A stretch of 63,987 nucleotides of DNA, the filler included, from Octopus bimaculoides (taxonomy: Eukaryota), in assembly GCF_001194135.2 (NCBI RefSeq). It is 9 parts of 9 records of this genome, joined end to end, with 100 filler letters (N's around TTAATTAATTAA, not from the genome) between each part and the next. Parts side by side here need not be neighbours in the genome. Positions count along the whole stretch, not along the records: positions 1 to 19,562 come from NC_069004.1; 8 more parts are not named here. One strand, written 5' to 3'. The position numbers and the translations under genes were made by a program. A model generated the notes under the pieces. That model was not told where the DNA came from. It searched no databases and saw only the letters and a program-made list of their open reading frames with translations. Each line of letters begins with the position of its first letter. The first letter of the stretch is position 1. Shown here piece after piece: positions 1-14,090 of the stretch.

Positions 1-165
1 ATATATATTACAACATGAACAAGAATGGAGAAAATCACAAATATTTTCTCCATTCAAAGATGATTCGCTGTAAGACTTGTAAAAGAAGAGAATACTTCTA
101 CATGGGGAATTACCTTGGATTTATTGGTATCTGATTGTTTTATATAGTTAACTAAATTCATTTAA

Positions 166-386
166 TTTTGGTTTCTAATTTTTGGCACAAGGCCAGTCAT
201 TTTAGAGGAGGGAATAAGTTGATTACATTGACCCCAGTGCTCAACTGGCACTTTATTTTATCAACCCTGATAGGATGAAAGGCAAAGTTAACCCTGGCAA
301 AATTTGAACTCAAAACATAAAAACAGACGAAATGCCACTAAGCATTTTGTCCGGTGTGCTAACGATTCTGCCAGCTTGCCATCTTA
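166..386 (-). mobile_element. tRNA-derived SINE-like repeat, family A (Nin/Deu-domain-like core)
   Basis: Reverse complement reads A-box-like GCTGGCAGAATCGTTAG, B-box-like GAGTTCAAATT, then the core GCCTTTCATCCT..GGGGTTGATAAAATAAAGTGCCAGT. About 18 further copies occur in this window. The Nin/Deu-domain resemblance is from memory. Confidence 0.8.
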
Positions 387-472
387 AGTTCACCTGATAT
401 TGAGTGCTTTCTAGATATCTGCCTGAATCCTTTTTACCTCATGTTATATGTGTGTGTGTGTGTGTAGTGATG

Positions 473-803
473 ATGCATGGCTCAGTGATTAGAGCATTGA
501 GTTTACAACTGTGAGGTTGTGAGTTTGATTCCCAGATCAGTCTGTGTGTTGTGTTCTTGAACAAGACACTTTATTTCACATTGCTCCTGTTCACTCAGCC
601 ATTAAAATGAGTTGTGATGTCATAGGTGCCCAGCTGTATCAGCCTTTGCCTTTCCCTTGCATAACATCAGTGGCATGGAGAAGGGAGACTGGTATGCATG
701 GGCAACTGCTGGTCTTTCAAAAACCAACCTTACCCAGACTTGTGCCTTGAAGGAGAGCTTTCTAGGTGCAACCTATGGTCATTTGTGATCGAAGGGGGTC
801 TTT
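473..803 (+). mobile_element. tRNA-derived SINE-like repeat, family B (Meta/MESC-like core)
   Basis: A-box-like TGGCTCAGTGATTAGAGC, B-box-like GAGTTTGATTCCC, core GTGTTCTTGAACAAGACACTTTATTTCACATTGCTC. Related copies lie on the minus strand at 38972-39282 and 54860-55082. Confidence 0.7.
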
Positions 804-2309
804 ATATATGACTGGGCCACTTGCCTGGACCACTGCAACTCTTCCATGCCAGATGTCTCAATCTTTCATAGTAGTCTTCATATACTTAACTGTCCAGTGT
901 CTTCCACAAGTCGGTTGATATGTTATGTTTCTATTTTAACTTTTTGCATCCCCCCACCCCACCCACTTCCTTGTTGAGTACTCAGAATAAATTTTACCCA
1001 CTCTCATTGTGACAACTGCTGATGGTAGATTTAACAGGGGTGAAGGTGAATCCAGTGGTGGTTGTGGTGAAGGGTTGCAGGTGGTGGTTGTCGATGATGA
1101 TGGTGCTTCTGAGGAAGTGGAAAGAGTAAAGTGATGCATGTGGATATAGTGTTGGTCATTGTAGGGAGAGGGAGCTGTGACCATTCTCTTCATCTGTTAT
1201 GAATGGGAATGGGTTTTGTTATGTGATTTTTTTTTCTTATAAGACATCATCATTACCACAGCTATCATCATCACCATCACAGTCATCATCATAATGTGCA
1301 ACAGTAGTTAATCAAGTTGGTGGTGGTAGGGTGAGCCTTTTGAATTAAAGGAGAGGTGTTGCTTACGTAAGAAGAAAGTGTTGGAGAAGTTAACAACTGT
1401 TGCTATAGAAACAGTCTTCTCTGGAATTGAATAATTGTCTTTTGGGAGACGTAGATGAAAAGGTAGGAACAGAGAGGGGGTAACTAACAAAGACTAGAGA
1501 GATAGTGAAGTAGTGATGGTAAAAGAGTGGGAGAGAGTGTGTGAAAGAATGAATTTGGGAATGTAGAGAAAGAAAGAAACAACATATTAATGTCCGTGTT
1601 TGTGTGTGTGTGAGTTAGGGTTATTTTGTCACCGACTTTCACCCTCCCCCACCCCTACTTTTCACTCCACTGTCATAGCTCTACCTACAAAAAGGTAAGG
1701 CTCATTTGGTTTATTTAACATGTCAATGGTGAATGGTTTAATAATTACTTGACACCAACCTAGATTGTTCACCATCTCTTTCTCTCTCTCCCTCCCTTAC
1801 ACACACCAGCACACACGCACACACACACACACACCTTTTCCTTTCTTTCCTCTTTTCATCCATTCACTCCATTTTGTCTCACCTTCATTTACCTTACCTT
1901 CCTCCCCCTCTACAATTATCCATTCATTTATTCCCCTCCTCCTCCTCCTCCTCTTATTTCAATCCAAATTAGCTCCATTGATCTGATAATCTACTTTCCT
2001 GTTTCTTCCTTTGTTATCTCCTTCATTATTATTGTTGATGTTGTAATGAATCCCACTGCCATAACCACTTTCCTGCTTCAGTCTTCATCATCATCATCAT
2101 CACTACCACTACCAACACTACACTATATGTTAGTTACCTTGTTAACTACCTGATTTCTATTGATTCTTTCTGTCATTTACCAATATTGCTGTGCTGTCTA
2201 TGCATGCATGTCTGCGTGCATGACAGGGAGAGTATGTTGTGCATGTGTGCATGTGTGCAGTGAGGGAGAGTTTGTGTGTGTGTATGCTTATATGTTGCGT
2301 GTTTGTGTC

Positions 2310-2580
2310 ATTATGTTCTTCAGTGTGTGTGTGTGAGAGAGAGAGAGAGAGACAGACAGACAAACAGACAGATATAGAGCAGGAGAGTTTGTGTGTATGT
2401 TGTGTGTTTAGGTATGTGTAAACATAAGTATCTGTTCTAAGGTGTGTGTGTGTGTGCATGTGTGTGTGTGTGTGTGTGCATGTTTGTGTGTGTGTGTGTG
2501 TGTGCATGTGTGTGTGTGTGTGTGCATGTGTGTGTGTGTGTGTGTGTGTGCATTTGTGTGTGCATGTGTGTGTGTGTGTA
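2310..2580. repeat. compound (GT)n/(GA)n microsatellite
   Basis: Directly visible; it explains the HT/CV-repeat ORFs in the track. Confidence 0.95.
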
Positions 2581-4099
2581 TACATCTACTTAGGGTAGCA
2601 GCAACTGTTTTTACACAAGTGTGTTGTGTTACACATGGTGTTGTGTCAGCTGTTGTGAGTGAGGTGATCCAGTAAAGAGCAAAGGTGGGGAAGTTGATTA
2701 AACATAAATAATATGAAGATGTAGAATTGTTTGTTTCATTCAGTCATCACATTTGTCTTGGACACATTCCTGTTGCTTGCCTCAATGTATATAAGATTGT
2801 AACATGTTTTGTTACTCACCTGTGCGTAGATATACAAGATATTTTTACTTTCTTCTGATGATACTTTATTCTTTGTTGTTTTTCGTGTTTTGAAAGTTGA
2901 CAGAATTTCATGTAGGTTCTTTATCATTGGTTCTCCGAGAAATCTCAGCTCCACCCCCACCCCTAGTATTTATGATATCCTCTTCCCATTTCTTTATTCA
3001 TGAGAAGACAAAATTTGCATCTATGTAATTCTTCTTTCTTTGCCATGGTGTTGGATCAGCTTAAAATTTTTTTAATCATTTTCATTTGTATTAAAGATAG
3101 CAAGTTGTCTGTCCAGTATTTAATCCTCACAGTTCCTAACCCTACTGCAGGTGCAAGGCTCCCTCTATGAGAAACACTTCTTTCACCATATTGAAAACTG
3201 GCACATGGCCACATGCTGTGGTTCCAGAACTTATTTTGTTGTAGAATCTTTATAGATTTTCCAAAAATCAGAGAATACATACCTATATTCTATAGACAAC
3301 CACTGCCACCTTAATTTTAATAAAACATTAAGCAAAAATTGTTTTCAAGGGAGAATTTATTCTTATCAAAAACATATAGTAATAACTTATTATCTTGAAA
3401 ATAGTGAATGGCATTGTTTCCTTATAAAACAAATTTATATTTAATTTTAGTAAAAGATCCCTTTGCTTGTGGAGCCTTAGAATTTTTTCATGGTACTCTA
3501 AGGTTTCTCAGAAGCCATTTTGAGGCCTAGTGGTCTACAAATTTGCTTCTTGATCATCATGTTCTTATTTTGAATCCACTGCATGGTACTTTGACCAAGT
3601 GTCTTCTACCAGTAGCTGAAATTGATGAAAGCTTCCAGAGTGCAGTTGGGTTATTGTTGTTGCTTAAATCATAGGTCTACTAATTCAGAACTAATATGTG
3701 CTTGGGGTGAGGAGAAACCAGAGTACTCAGAACTATTATGAGGCAAAAGTGTTTCAGCTGTGACTAGTTTCTCTTTTTGTCTATTTATGATTACAGAGTC
3801 CAGTATGTCCTTCATTTCCTTTTTAAAACGGTAAGGTATTTTAGCAGGTCAATTGACCACATAGAGGCTCTTATTTGTTCAATTATAATTTAAAAGACAA
3901 AACAATATAGAAATTTATTAGTTGGGTTGTAGTTATAATTTAAAGAGCCACCATTATCTGACATTGTCACACCATGTCTGAATTAAGGTAAATATATCTG
4001 AAGAATACTCGGTTATTTATATTGTATTCAATGTAATGTATTGGTAGTTCCTTTGAGAAAACTGTTGGAACTCTTAAGAAGAAGAGTTATGGTAAATTA

Positions 4100-5150
4100 C
4101 TTTGTGAAATGGCTATGGGTAACAAGATGGGCCCTCAGCAATGCTAATCTATTTGTTGAGTTCCTTGAAACCTAGATCATCCATTTCACTAGCTGCACCC
4201 CAAAGTGATATGGTCATTACATTGACAACAGTATCTATACCATCTCCATTACTTGCAAACAACTCTTTTTCTCTATTTCCTTTGTCAGCTCTTTCCCTTC
4301 TGTTTTAAAATTCACACCTACCATTTCTAATACCTCTCTCTGCTTCTTAGACATTTTTGTCTTAAATAACGCTCCCTCCCTCACCTTTCTATCTCTATCT
4401 TTTATAAACTTACTAACTTTCCTTCATAGCTTGATTTCTCCTCATACCATCCAACTCTCTGAGCCAATTTACCCAAATCACAATTCTCCCTCCACTTCTA
4501 TAGCTGAAATTCTGACTTTGAGATGAAGTACCACCATATGGTTCACTTTCTTCTCCAATGTGGTTACCTCCAACAAGCCATTGATGTAACTCACTGACAT
4601 ACTTTACTTATTGATCACTCCACTGTTCCATCATCAACTGTATTCTTTTCACCTTTATTGTCAAGCTTCATACCTGATCTCCACAGTGCACCACCCTATG
4701 CAATTTCCATTTTGTCCTGTCCACATCTTAACTGAACACCTCCATTTCTTCAGATGTGACTGCAAAATATGTGACTTTCTGGACTACTTTTCTTTCACTT
4801 CCTTGCCATGCCCAGCCTAGATTATTTATTTCTGTTTCAATACTTCTCTCTTTGTCCAGAACATTACTACACTACACAATTCAAAGTATACTTTTCATGC
4901 CACTAATCATCTCATTTGCATCACCATAAACATAATCTATTACATGACATGTCAACTCCAAACCTTACTATGCATAAAAGAAACCAACCAGAGATGAATC
5001 CTGCCACTTAAATTCTCCAGGTGAAACCCATTTTTATGCTGTTATTTGTCTCCTACAATACGATGCAATTACTGCTATGCAATGTTCTCCAAACAACAGT
5101 TCACATTCTATTTAGGGACAGCCATTCTTGGTAGTAACAATAATCACTTA
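4100..5150 (+). mobile_element. decayed Penelope-like retroelement (RT C-terminal half + GIY-YIG region)
   Basis: Fragments translated by hand: EMAMGNKMGP (4106-4135), ANLFVEFLE, YIDN (4218-4229; YxDD-like), LKFT..SNTSLCFLDIFV, SIFYKLTN, a GIY-YIG-like 'TNHLIC' region near 4900 and 'QFTFYLGT' near 5100. Many frameshifts. Confidence 0.7.
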
Positions 5151-6494
5151 GCTCTCTACCAATGAACAATGATAAACATCCATACATACACATTTACACC
5201 AGTTCTTTATATATGCACAAACACAGATGATGCCTTATTTACAAGTCAAATATTATTTTGTCGTTACTTGCACCTCTACTCATGCATACATGCTGTTATG
5301 CTCATATTGCCTTTGCATTGCCACTACCTACTAAGTACTTTATTCACCTAGTTCTTTCTTCAAGTAACTAACATTCATTTACCACTCATCACACTCTTCT
5401 GTGCCGCAAACCACATACCCTCTTCCATTTCTGTTTGACTATTGTTTACTATGCTGTTGGATAATACACATTTTTTTTTTTTTCTCGTACAAGTTTTTTC
5501 CACTTCTCTATCGGTCTTGACAAAGGGCAAATTATTCAAAACCTGGATATCTCTTCCTTGACTTTGTTCATTTTTGTCTTTTGCTTGTTCTTTGCCAATG
5601 ATTTGTCTGATATATAGACATATACTACTCTTTTTTTATACTTTCCCCCCTTTATACTTTCTGACTTTATTTCAAAAGATGATTTATGATAAATAACTTT
5701 GTGAAATTTAACCACTAATACTCTTAGAGTGGCTACCTAAACTAGGGTAAGTTATGTTTGAAATTAAAGCATTTTTTTGGGTGTTGGTGTGGTAGTGGCA
5801 GTGAAAAAAACAAAATCTATTGCCAAAGATTAACACTAAAATAATATACTAAATAATTACAAATTAACAAGAGTGTGTCAGTACACATGCAAATAGTTCT
5901 TGTTTTTGAATATGGTGTTTGTGTGTGTACGTTGGAGAGTTTCATTTATGTGCATATTTAAGGAAATAAAGAGAAAATTAATTACTCTGTATACTGTTCT
6001 TGTTTCACTCTTAACGGGTGGTGAAATTTTGAAAACCTATTTTGAAACCATTGCCATTATTACGACTACCACCACCATCATCAACACGGGCTACATCTAA
6101 TGATGGAACTTCTACATGGTTGCTTATCTTGCTGGAAATAATAGTCAGATATGCCTCAAATCATACTCTACTGCTTTAAGTAAGCCAGTAAGGTTGTCCT
6201 GCAAGAAATAGCAACCAAATATTCCTCAAATCACACTCTACTGTTCGAAAGAAAAAAGCAAAGATGTACAGTGCAGGGCACTATGTCTAGAAAAAAATGA
6301 TAGGATGGTCATGGCTAGATCGTCTTCAGTCATAGGTATTTTGATTTAGGACCAAGTTGGAGATAAACTACAGTAACAGCATTGCCATCCTGATCTTAGC
6401 TCAATGAGGTGGGGGTGAAGGGTCTCTACATGGCCCCTTGACCAACTTTCTTTCAAACTATACCTTTCCTTTTTTAAAAATACTTTTGAGACAC

Positions 6495-8790
6495 TCTGTG
6501 CTTTAAAAATACATTGAAATTCTGGGTAGACTTCTTCCACAACAACCAGCAGTCGATCCAGAAGAATTCTGGTGAAAATCTTGCTGGCAATACTGAGCAG
6601 GGAGATACTACAGTAGTTGTTGCACACTGACCGGTCTCCTTTCATGAAGATGGTAATGATGTTTGTGTTTTTGAAGTCATCCAGAATGGTCTTGGTATCT
6701 CATATTTGCAGCATCAGGTAGAACAGCTTGGTTCTCAATCTGTGCCCGCTGTGTGTGAAAAGCTCCAGGAGGATGTTTGGAGTGGGAGCTTTTCCAGGTT
6801 TCATTCATTTGATGGCTTTCGTGAATTTCTGGAATGATGGCGGAAGGGTCATCCATATTTTGACAGGTCGCTGCAAAATGTTTCTTAAGAGGTCTTCTGA
6901 GGTTTGAGAATGGTTGTTCAGAAGATGGAAATGTTCTCTCTAACGTTACATGATTTCTTCTTCTGTGGTGAGAGTTTGGCAGTCAACAGTTTTCAAGGCC
7001 CCAGTAGATGACCTGATCATGCTGAAAATCTCCTTGGTCCTTGCATAAAAGTGATGCATATCACTTTGGTCTGAGTAGTTCTGGAGTACAGCAGCTTTTG
7101 CTTGCAATCAGGAGTTCAACCAAGAGTTCTGAATTTCTCTGAGGTACTTTTGGCACATCTGCATTTCTTGTTGCTCCCCATTGGGTGTTTTTCAAAAGCA
7201 ATACATGCTACTCTTACTGATCAGATGTTTGATCTCTTCACTGTTTTCACTGAATCAGACTTGGTTTTGGCACTTTGAGTAGCCAATGACCTCATCTGCA
7301 GCAGAAGTTATAGCATCACGCAGAGTGTTCTAATCATTGGGTGAAGTATTCCCATTGTGCCTTTCCCTCAGATGTTGGTTAACTGTTTCTTGGAAGGCTT
7401 GGGATGTTACAGGATCTTTCAGTTTGTGCTTTTTAGTATTGGGGTACTGAAGGGGTGGATGAGAGATCACAAGCCGGTGATTGGTCCAGCAGTCATCAGC
7501 ATCTGGAAAGGATTTGGTGATCCTCACATATTTCTTGTCTTCGATCCTTGTCAACACATAATCCAGAATATGCCAGTGTTTTGACCTTGGTGGTTGCCAG
7601 GTTGAAAGACAGAAGAGGGCGTTCATAATCATTAGGTCATTTTCCACACAGAGACTAAGGAGGCATTGCAGTTTACAATCCCGTGTTTGCTGAGGATGGC
7701 TTGCCAGAGATGGCGATCATGACCAACTTAAACATTAAAGTCACCAAAGATGATCAGTCTATCATTTCGTGGAATGGCTAGGATGGTAGCATTGAGAGAG
7801 TTGTAGAAAGCATTTTAATTTTATCATCTGAGTCTAGAGTTGGAGCATAGACTGAGGGCAGCATAAGTTAGGTCTTGTTGAGGAGAGGAATTCAGATGGA
7901 TATCAGATGGATATCAGTTGTTTGCTTGTTGATGTTGGAGTCAAATTGTGTTTCCTGAGCAGCTCAGTTTTAATGACAAGTCCAACGCCATAGATGCGAG
8001 GCTCATTGGCATCCTTTCCTTTGCAAAAGAATTTGTAGCCAACTTCCTGCATGATGTCATCACTGGACAAACAAGTTTTTCTCTGAGGAGCTATGTCAAT
8101 GTTGAAGTGGGTGAGTTCTTGGGAGACAAGCATGGTATGCCTTTCAGGTTGGTATGTAGTTTGCATGTTCATCAAAGTTCTCCAAGAATGGGATCGAATT
8201 TTTCTACTGCTAAGATGGGTTACCCCACCTTTTCTAGGAGCTTCCCTGTATGGGGGGGGGGGCTGCAGTGCTCCTAAATAGGCCAACTCTGACACAGCTG
8301 CTGAAATCCTGTGTCACCGCTACTTCACGGAGAAAATTACCATCACTTGCATGTTGCCAATGTATATTCATGAGCTAGAAGCTTCCAGTGTACCAAGCCT
8401 GCTCCTGTTGCCCATGGGGTCATCGCCAATGGACTTGAAGAGCATCATGCAGGGTCTAGAAAGGCTATTTGCATGATTTTTATAAGGGTGGATGACAGTT
8501 TGTGAAATTGATGCCCATGCACTTCACTCCATAGCCTCCTCTGCTGCTCATCACATGGTTGAGACAGGCAGTCTTGGAACCAGGGAACTGTGTTGAACTG
8601 CTGAAACCCAGTTCTTTTAGGGATCACCCTGGTGTGAGCCCGAATGGCTGTGCTAGAGCTCCTTCAAGGTTCTTGACAGGCCTTCACAGCTACTGTAGCA
8701 GCCCAGAGTCATCGAAGGCCCAACCATACTTCACCCTGCCAAATGGTCCCCTACTTTGGTGCTTCCCAGGATCCATGACCGACTAGAATG
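6495..8790 (-). mobile_element. RTE-clade (BovB-like) LINE, decayed, truncated early in RT
   Basis: The ORF track shows APE start (ERHTMLVSQELTHFNIDIA..EVGYKFFCKG..YGVGLVIK), APE end (TWQPPRSKHWHILDYVL..DCWTNHRLVIS) and RT start (KGDRSVCNNYCSISLLSIASKIFTRILLDRL..YPEFQC). These are collinear on the minus strand, with a 5' UTR to about 8790. Confidence 0.9.
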
Positions 8791-9589
8791 TAGGAGTTGG
8801 GATTTGGATCCTTATATTTGTGTGTGTGTGTGTGTGTATATGTATGTACACAAGTAGCAGTACCAGGCATTGCCCATGTATATTAATTCCCAAACATGAA
8901 TTCACTATATTTTTGATAAATTATTTTAAAAACATGTTGACAATCTTCAGTTGGTCTGGGAATGTTGATTCTCTCTGAATTCTTGTATCCAAGGCATCCA
9001 GAAGATGGTTCAAGTGAATTCATAAATGTGTACAAAAAGAAAAAAAATACAGAAAATAAAATACAATTCTATTTTGATATTTTTTTATTTTGTGAGAAAA
9101 CATTTTTTTTTCAAAATACTGTACTAATTTACATAATTACTGGAAATTAATTATTTTTCTAATCATTAACTTTTCTCACTGCCTAGTGTAGTGCTTGGGG
9201 GCAGGTATATACAATAGTCTTTTTTTTTTTTCTATCAGATGCAAATAAAAAAAAAAAAATTCAGAAGCAGTCACATAACTTATTAACTGTGTGTGCTACT
9301 ATGAAGAATTTCGACTACCTAGCTACAAAACTGTGGTCTATAATTTGCTATATACAGGCATATACAAACATTAAATGATGACAACATAGTATAAGGGCTG
9401 CCCATAAGATTTTCAGGGAAACCCCAAATCACACACAAGAAAACAAAAAGATTCAAAACATGAAACCCAGATAACAAAAATAACATGTTTAAATGGGAGT
9501 CCTTTGTATGTAGGACACAACAGTTATTTCTTGTCTTCAATTTCTCTTGAAAGAGTAAACAATTTGTTATTTTCTGCCTGTTTCTTAAA

Positions 9590-11460
9590 AAAATTCTTTC
9601 TGAATAGTTTTTACTTAGAGCACATTCTTCCAAGTCCTTGATTAATTCTTTTCCAGACTCCTGCAGAGTACATTCCATAACATTTCTTGTAATAGATTGC
9701 TTTGCAAGTAATCTGTCTTTTACAGTCACTGCTTTTAAAGAATTAGTGTTCCTTGTTTTGTCATAGTTCATTAGAGAGAATATTCTTTCAGCACATGCTG
9801 ATGAATGTGGCAAGATAATTTAAATTAGTCTTAAAATTTAATAAATATATATATAAAAAAAAAGCTTTTTGAATTAAAAAGTCTGTCTCAATATACAGGA
9901 ATATTTTCTGTAGAGATAAGTTGTCTGTTGTTTAACAATAACTTTTCCATTGATCACCATGATCATTAGATTGCATTCTGGCACAATAAATGGGAAATCA
10001 ATAGCTAGTATAATGATAGATATAGGAGATATTCTGGGACAATAAACTACCTTTGGGTTGAATACCTCTAATTTAGCAATAATTCCATCCTCACTGAAAG
10101 GAGACCATCTTTTTTTTTCTTTAATTCAAAATTCCACTTGGAATTTCAAGCAATCAATTTGAAATCTTCTGACATTGATTTCATCATCAAAAGGGTCACT
10201 AATTAAATTAGCTGTTGCCTTTCCTCCAAGGTAAACATCATTAGTGTTTTTGTAATTACTTTCATTGCTTGAATCAATCTCTGACAATTTAATATCTTTC
10301 TGTAATTCATCTTTAAAAAAACCAACTGAAAAGATTTTTTTTTTTTTTTTGTATTTTGATGATACAGTTGATATAACCTGAAATGCTCACACAGTAACTC
10401 AACATCTAATAATTATGATATATACTAAAAGAAAAGTAGCATGTGCTTGATTTCATGATTGCTTATAAATTCTCTTGGTATCATCAATAAGAAATAAGGA
10501 AGTAACGCATCAAATTGTTCTAATATCACTGTAGTTGCCATTTCTCAAGAAAGCTACCTTATTTGTGCAAGTCTAAGTATTCAGTGGTAAATTGTTGCAA
10601 CAACTTCTTGAACAAGTATGAACTTCCTTAGAAAAGTAAGATGGTAAATCTTTCACAAATATCTCTAAATTTTTTAATTTAAGGGCAGCAATTGCTGGTA
10701 TGAAGAGTAAAAAAAAAAATGACAAATGCATCCCATAATAACAACAAGAGGTAACTCATCCTTCAACAATTTCAGGAACCTACATCTGGTGTCCATTATG
10801 GAAGAATAGGTATTGATTAGATTTAACCTAATTAGATTTTCTGGACAAATATTTCTTTCATGCAAAGTTGATTCGATAGCACTGTAAAAAACACTAGAGT
10901 TGTTCTATTTTCAACAACTACAATATTTAACAAAGTGTCTGCAACATGTTTATTCAAATTAAAGTATCTTACAACTGGAGCCAAAACTTGTGTAACTGAA
11001 ATGCTTGTGCTTTCATTAAATATAATAGAAAATTTTCGTGTTTTACAGATATCCATCATCACTATTTTTTCATGAAAAACTATTCCATCCTGAGTATCAT
11101 ATTAAAGTTTTGTTCTTTTTATTGACAATTTTTCAGTAATCTTACTGCCTGAAAATGCTTTTACATACCATCAGAAATTGAACAGCATTTGCAAAAGGAA
11201 TATTATGTTTAGCAAAATAGTCAACAATAAGCAGTTTACTTTTGGCTGTTTGTCCACTCTGTTAATTTTTGTCACTATGAATTGAGGAATATCAATGATA
11301 GAATTAGCCACATCAAAGCATTTCTTGAGCTTTCCAGTTTCATTAGCATAGATGATATATTTGCATTTCTCAGAGAGACACTGTAGTGTTTACAGTAGCT
11401 AACTTATCATTTTTATCTCATTGAAGCCAATCCTTAAATTCTGGATTTTGCAACCTTTTT
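9590..11460 (-). mobile_element. decayed hAT transposase
   Basis: C-terminal hAT dimerisation motif LPHSSACAERIFSLMN..RNxNSLK, the catalytic-region motif FSIIFNESTSISVTQVLA.VVRYF, and an N-terminal 'NPEFKDWLQ..YCK' zinc-finger-like segment near 11450-11390. TIRs not identified. Confidence 0.8.
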
Positions 11461-12269
11461 TTTTTTTAAGTAGGGGTTTGCAAGCATTTCATCACTCATT
11501 ATAATACACAAAAACAACAAAGTTATGACAACTCTAAAATGGGACTACTTATATAGGAGAAGTCACAATGCAAAATAAAAACCAACACAGAATGACAGGG
11601 TTGCTAGGTACAAAGGACCTAACTTATATCAACCAAGGCACTAAACTCCACCTACATACGATTGCCATCATGCTTATGATAACTTATATTTATGAAACGT
11701 AAAGACCAGCAGAATTCATAGAACTGCAGATGTCGTCCACATACATTGCCTTAGTACCATACTAAGAATAGCTTGGTGCAATCAAGTCATAAATGAAGAA
11801 GTTATAGAAAGAGCTGAGTAACCTGTGGAATACTCACTGTGAGATGATATAAGATGCTTGGCTATGTGTTGTGCATTCCCACAAAGAAACCAGTGAAAGT
11901 GTCTTATGCAGAGGGAGGCATAGAAGGTAAGGCAGACTTGGCAAGGCCTATTTGAGAACCGCAGCAGAGGATCTGGAAGATATGGGCCTGGTCTGGGAGC
12001 ACGTTCATAGTTTGTGACCAAGCTGCATGGAAATCTCTTTTGTTGCTTAGATACTCAATGGAGAGCAAGAGGAATTAACACACATGTGGATGACTGAATC
12101 CTTGTCATGAAAAATGATGGCCTATGGAACTGATATTTTGTTAATTACTCTTCATTATTAGATTGTTTTTAAAAATAGTTGACTACATGAACTAATTCAC
12201 TTTGAGGAAGTATCCCAAGGGATACAGCAATAGAAACTTTTCAACTGATCATACCATTAATATATTTGC

Positions 12270-12576
12270 CTTGCCAGTACCGCCTGACTGGCTCCCGTAG
12301 GATTTTCGAGTGAGATCGTTGCCAGTGCCCCTGGACTGGCTTGTGCGGGTGGCACATAAAAGACACCATTTCGAGCGTGGCCGTTTTCGTGCGGGTGACA
12401 CGTAAAAGCACCCACTACACTCTCTGAGTGGTTGGCGTTAGGAAGGGCATCCAGCTGTAGAAACTCTGCCAAATTAGATTGGAGCCTGGTGTTGCCATCC
12501 GGTTTCACCAGTCCTCAGTCAAATCGTCCAACCCATGCTAGCATGGAAAGCGGACGTTAAACGATGATGATGATGA
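12270..12576 (+). mobile_element. SINE-like repeat family C 3' part, ending in (GAT)n tail
   Basis: GGTTGGCGTTAGGAAGGGCATCCAGC...CCAACCCATGCTAGCATGGAAAGCGGACGTTAAACGATGATG. The same sequence occurs reverse-complemented at 45627-46120, 46650-47071 and 55100-55326. Confidence 0.8.
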
Positions 12577-13659
12577 TGTTACACTTCAAACAGACAGATA
12601 TAGAGAGCAGTCATTCTTTTCCTTCTCTCTCCTTGTTTAACCCCTTTCTATTTAAACTGACCATATCCAGCACAAATGTGTACAAATTACATGGGTTTTT
12701 ACCGTAAATGAATTTTGTAAATTGTAGACCAGTTTTGAACCTTAAGATCTGAAATTTCATTTTGAAGCGCAACTTTTCAATGAAGCAATCATAGGTTATG
12801 TGACACATACTCACACGTTTGCATGTACATGCACACATATGTGCGTGCGCGCACACATACACATATATGTATGCCATGCACTCCTTCTTTCCTCATATAT
12901 GCAAAGACCATCATGATGAAAAGACATACATTTGTATGGCAAGAGAAAGACTCGACCTCCCAAACACTGACAGAGCTTCAGTGAAGGAAACAACTGCACA
13001 CATTTATTTAACCACACCCACTTACAATGTATATGAAGTATTGATTTTACTTCTCAGCTTTATTTAATGTCTCAATTAATATAGAAGTTATCATTATTGT
13101 TAGTACTTAACTTTAGACTATTGGGGATGAAATACAAATATACTGACAAATGGCAAATATGACAACTGTAGGTTGTCAAAATGATCTGCTCTCTGTCCCT
13201 CACTGTTTGGTAAATGGTCACTTATAGAATCAAGTTTTCTTCTTCAAGAAAGAACAAAAACAAAACATTACTGCTTTCTAGTTAAGCTGATGACCCAGAG
13301 AGGACAGTTAAAGAAATCACCAATTTTGTATATTGTATTTCCTTCACAATTCTGGTTGGCTCGTGTTGACTTGTAAAGTGTCTGTTCATCTGTCCAGTGC
13401 CAAGAAAGTAGTTTTGTTCATTGAACACACAAGAAATGTCACAGCTTCAATACATGGAATGAAATAAGAATAGACAATGCTTGCTGTGTGAAAAAGGTGT
13501 GATGAGTTGGTAGTATGATGATACTGGGTGGATAAAAATAGCCAGCAGTGAAAGAGGAAGGGAGCCAGCAGTGAGAGAGGAACTTAAGGACAGCACTTAA
13601 AAGAATATAATTGTTGTTGAACTCTAGGTCAGCTCTAATTGAGAAGATTTATGACCATT

Positions 13660-14090
13660 CTAACCATGGCCATTTTGACTTTTTCCTATTAAGGGATGCT
13701 GGGTCACATCATCCAGTATATTACTTTCTAAAATATTAGTAAGGAAGGTGTTTGAAAGAGATCTGGCTGCTATTTCTAGTAGGTCACTCTTGGACTCATT
13801 CTTAAAACATTTCTGTTCAATGTCTTTCATCCTGTCTACATATGAATAACATTTAATTGAAGCTCTTTTCACCACCTCTGATGGTATTTTGTAGCAACCT
13901 TAATCTCAAACACTAGAATTTCTCTTCAAGCCTAGAAAATACTTTTGAGCCAACAAATGAGCACTTATGTTACTGCTCAACTTCCTGGAAATAATGATCA
14001 AATCTTTGAATAACACACTATCATCTTGACAAAAAGGAACAACACTTAAATATAGATCACAGCTGGAATGCCTTTAACTAGTATGCTTGA
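13660..14090 (-). mobile_element. possible very old DNA-transposase relic (P/THAP9-like C-terminus?)
   Basis: One frame reads SSCDLYL...GCYKIPSEVVKRASIKC...LTNILE..DDVTQHPLI with stops. The resemblance to 'C..C...GGL..PS..V..IC' of P-element transposases is weak and from memory. Confidence 0.2.

Noticed and set aside
2968-3050. Short minus-strand ORF MAKKEELHRCKFCLLMNKEMGRGYHKY with a strong Kozak context (CACCATGG)
   Set aside because: Only 27 codons, with no recognisable homology and no usable splice donor; insufficient support.
11596-11607. CAGGGTTGCTAG as the hAT terminal inverted repeat
   Set aside because: It has the wrong orientation to be the right end of the 9590-11460 element, and no partner end or 8-bp TSD was found.
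13288-13320. CTGATGA...GAAA motif
   Set aside because: No pairing stems flank the core words; this is a chance match.
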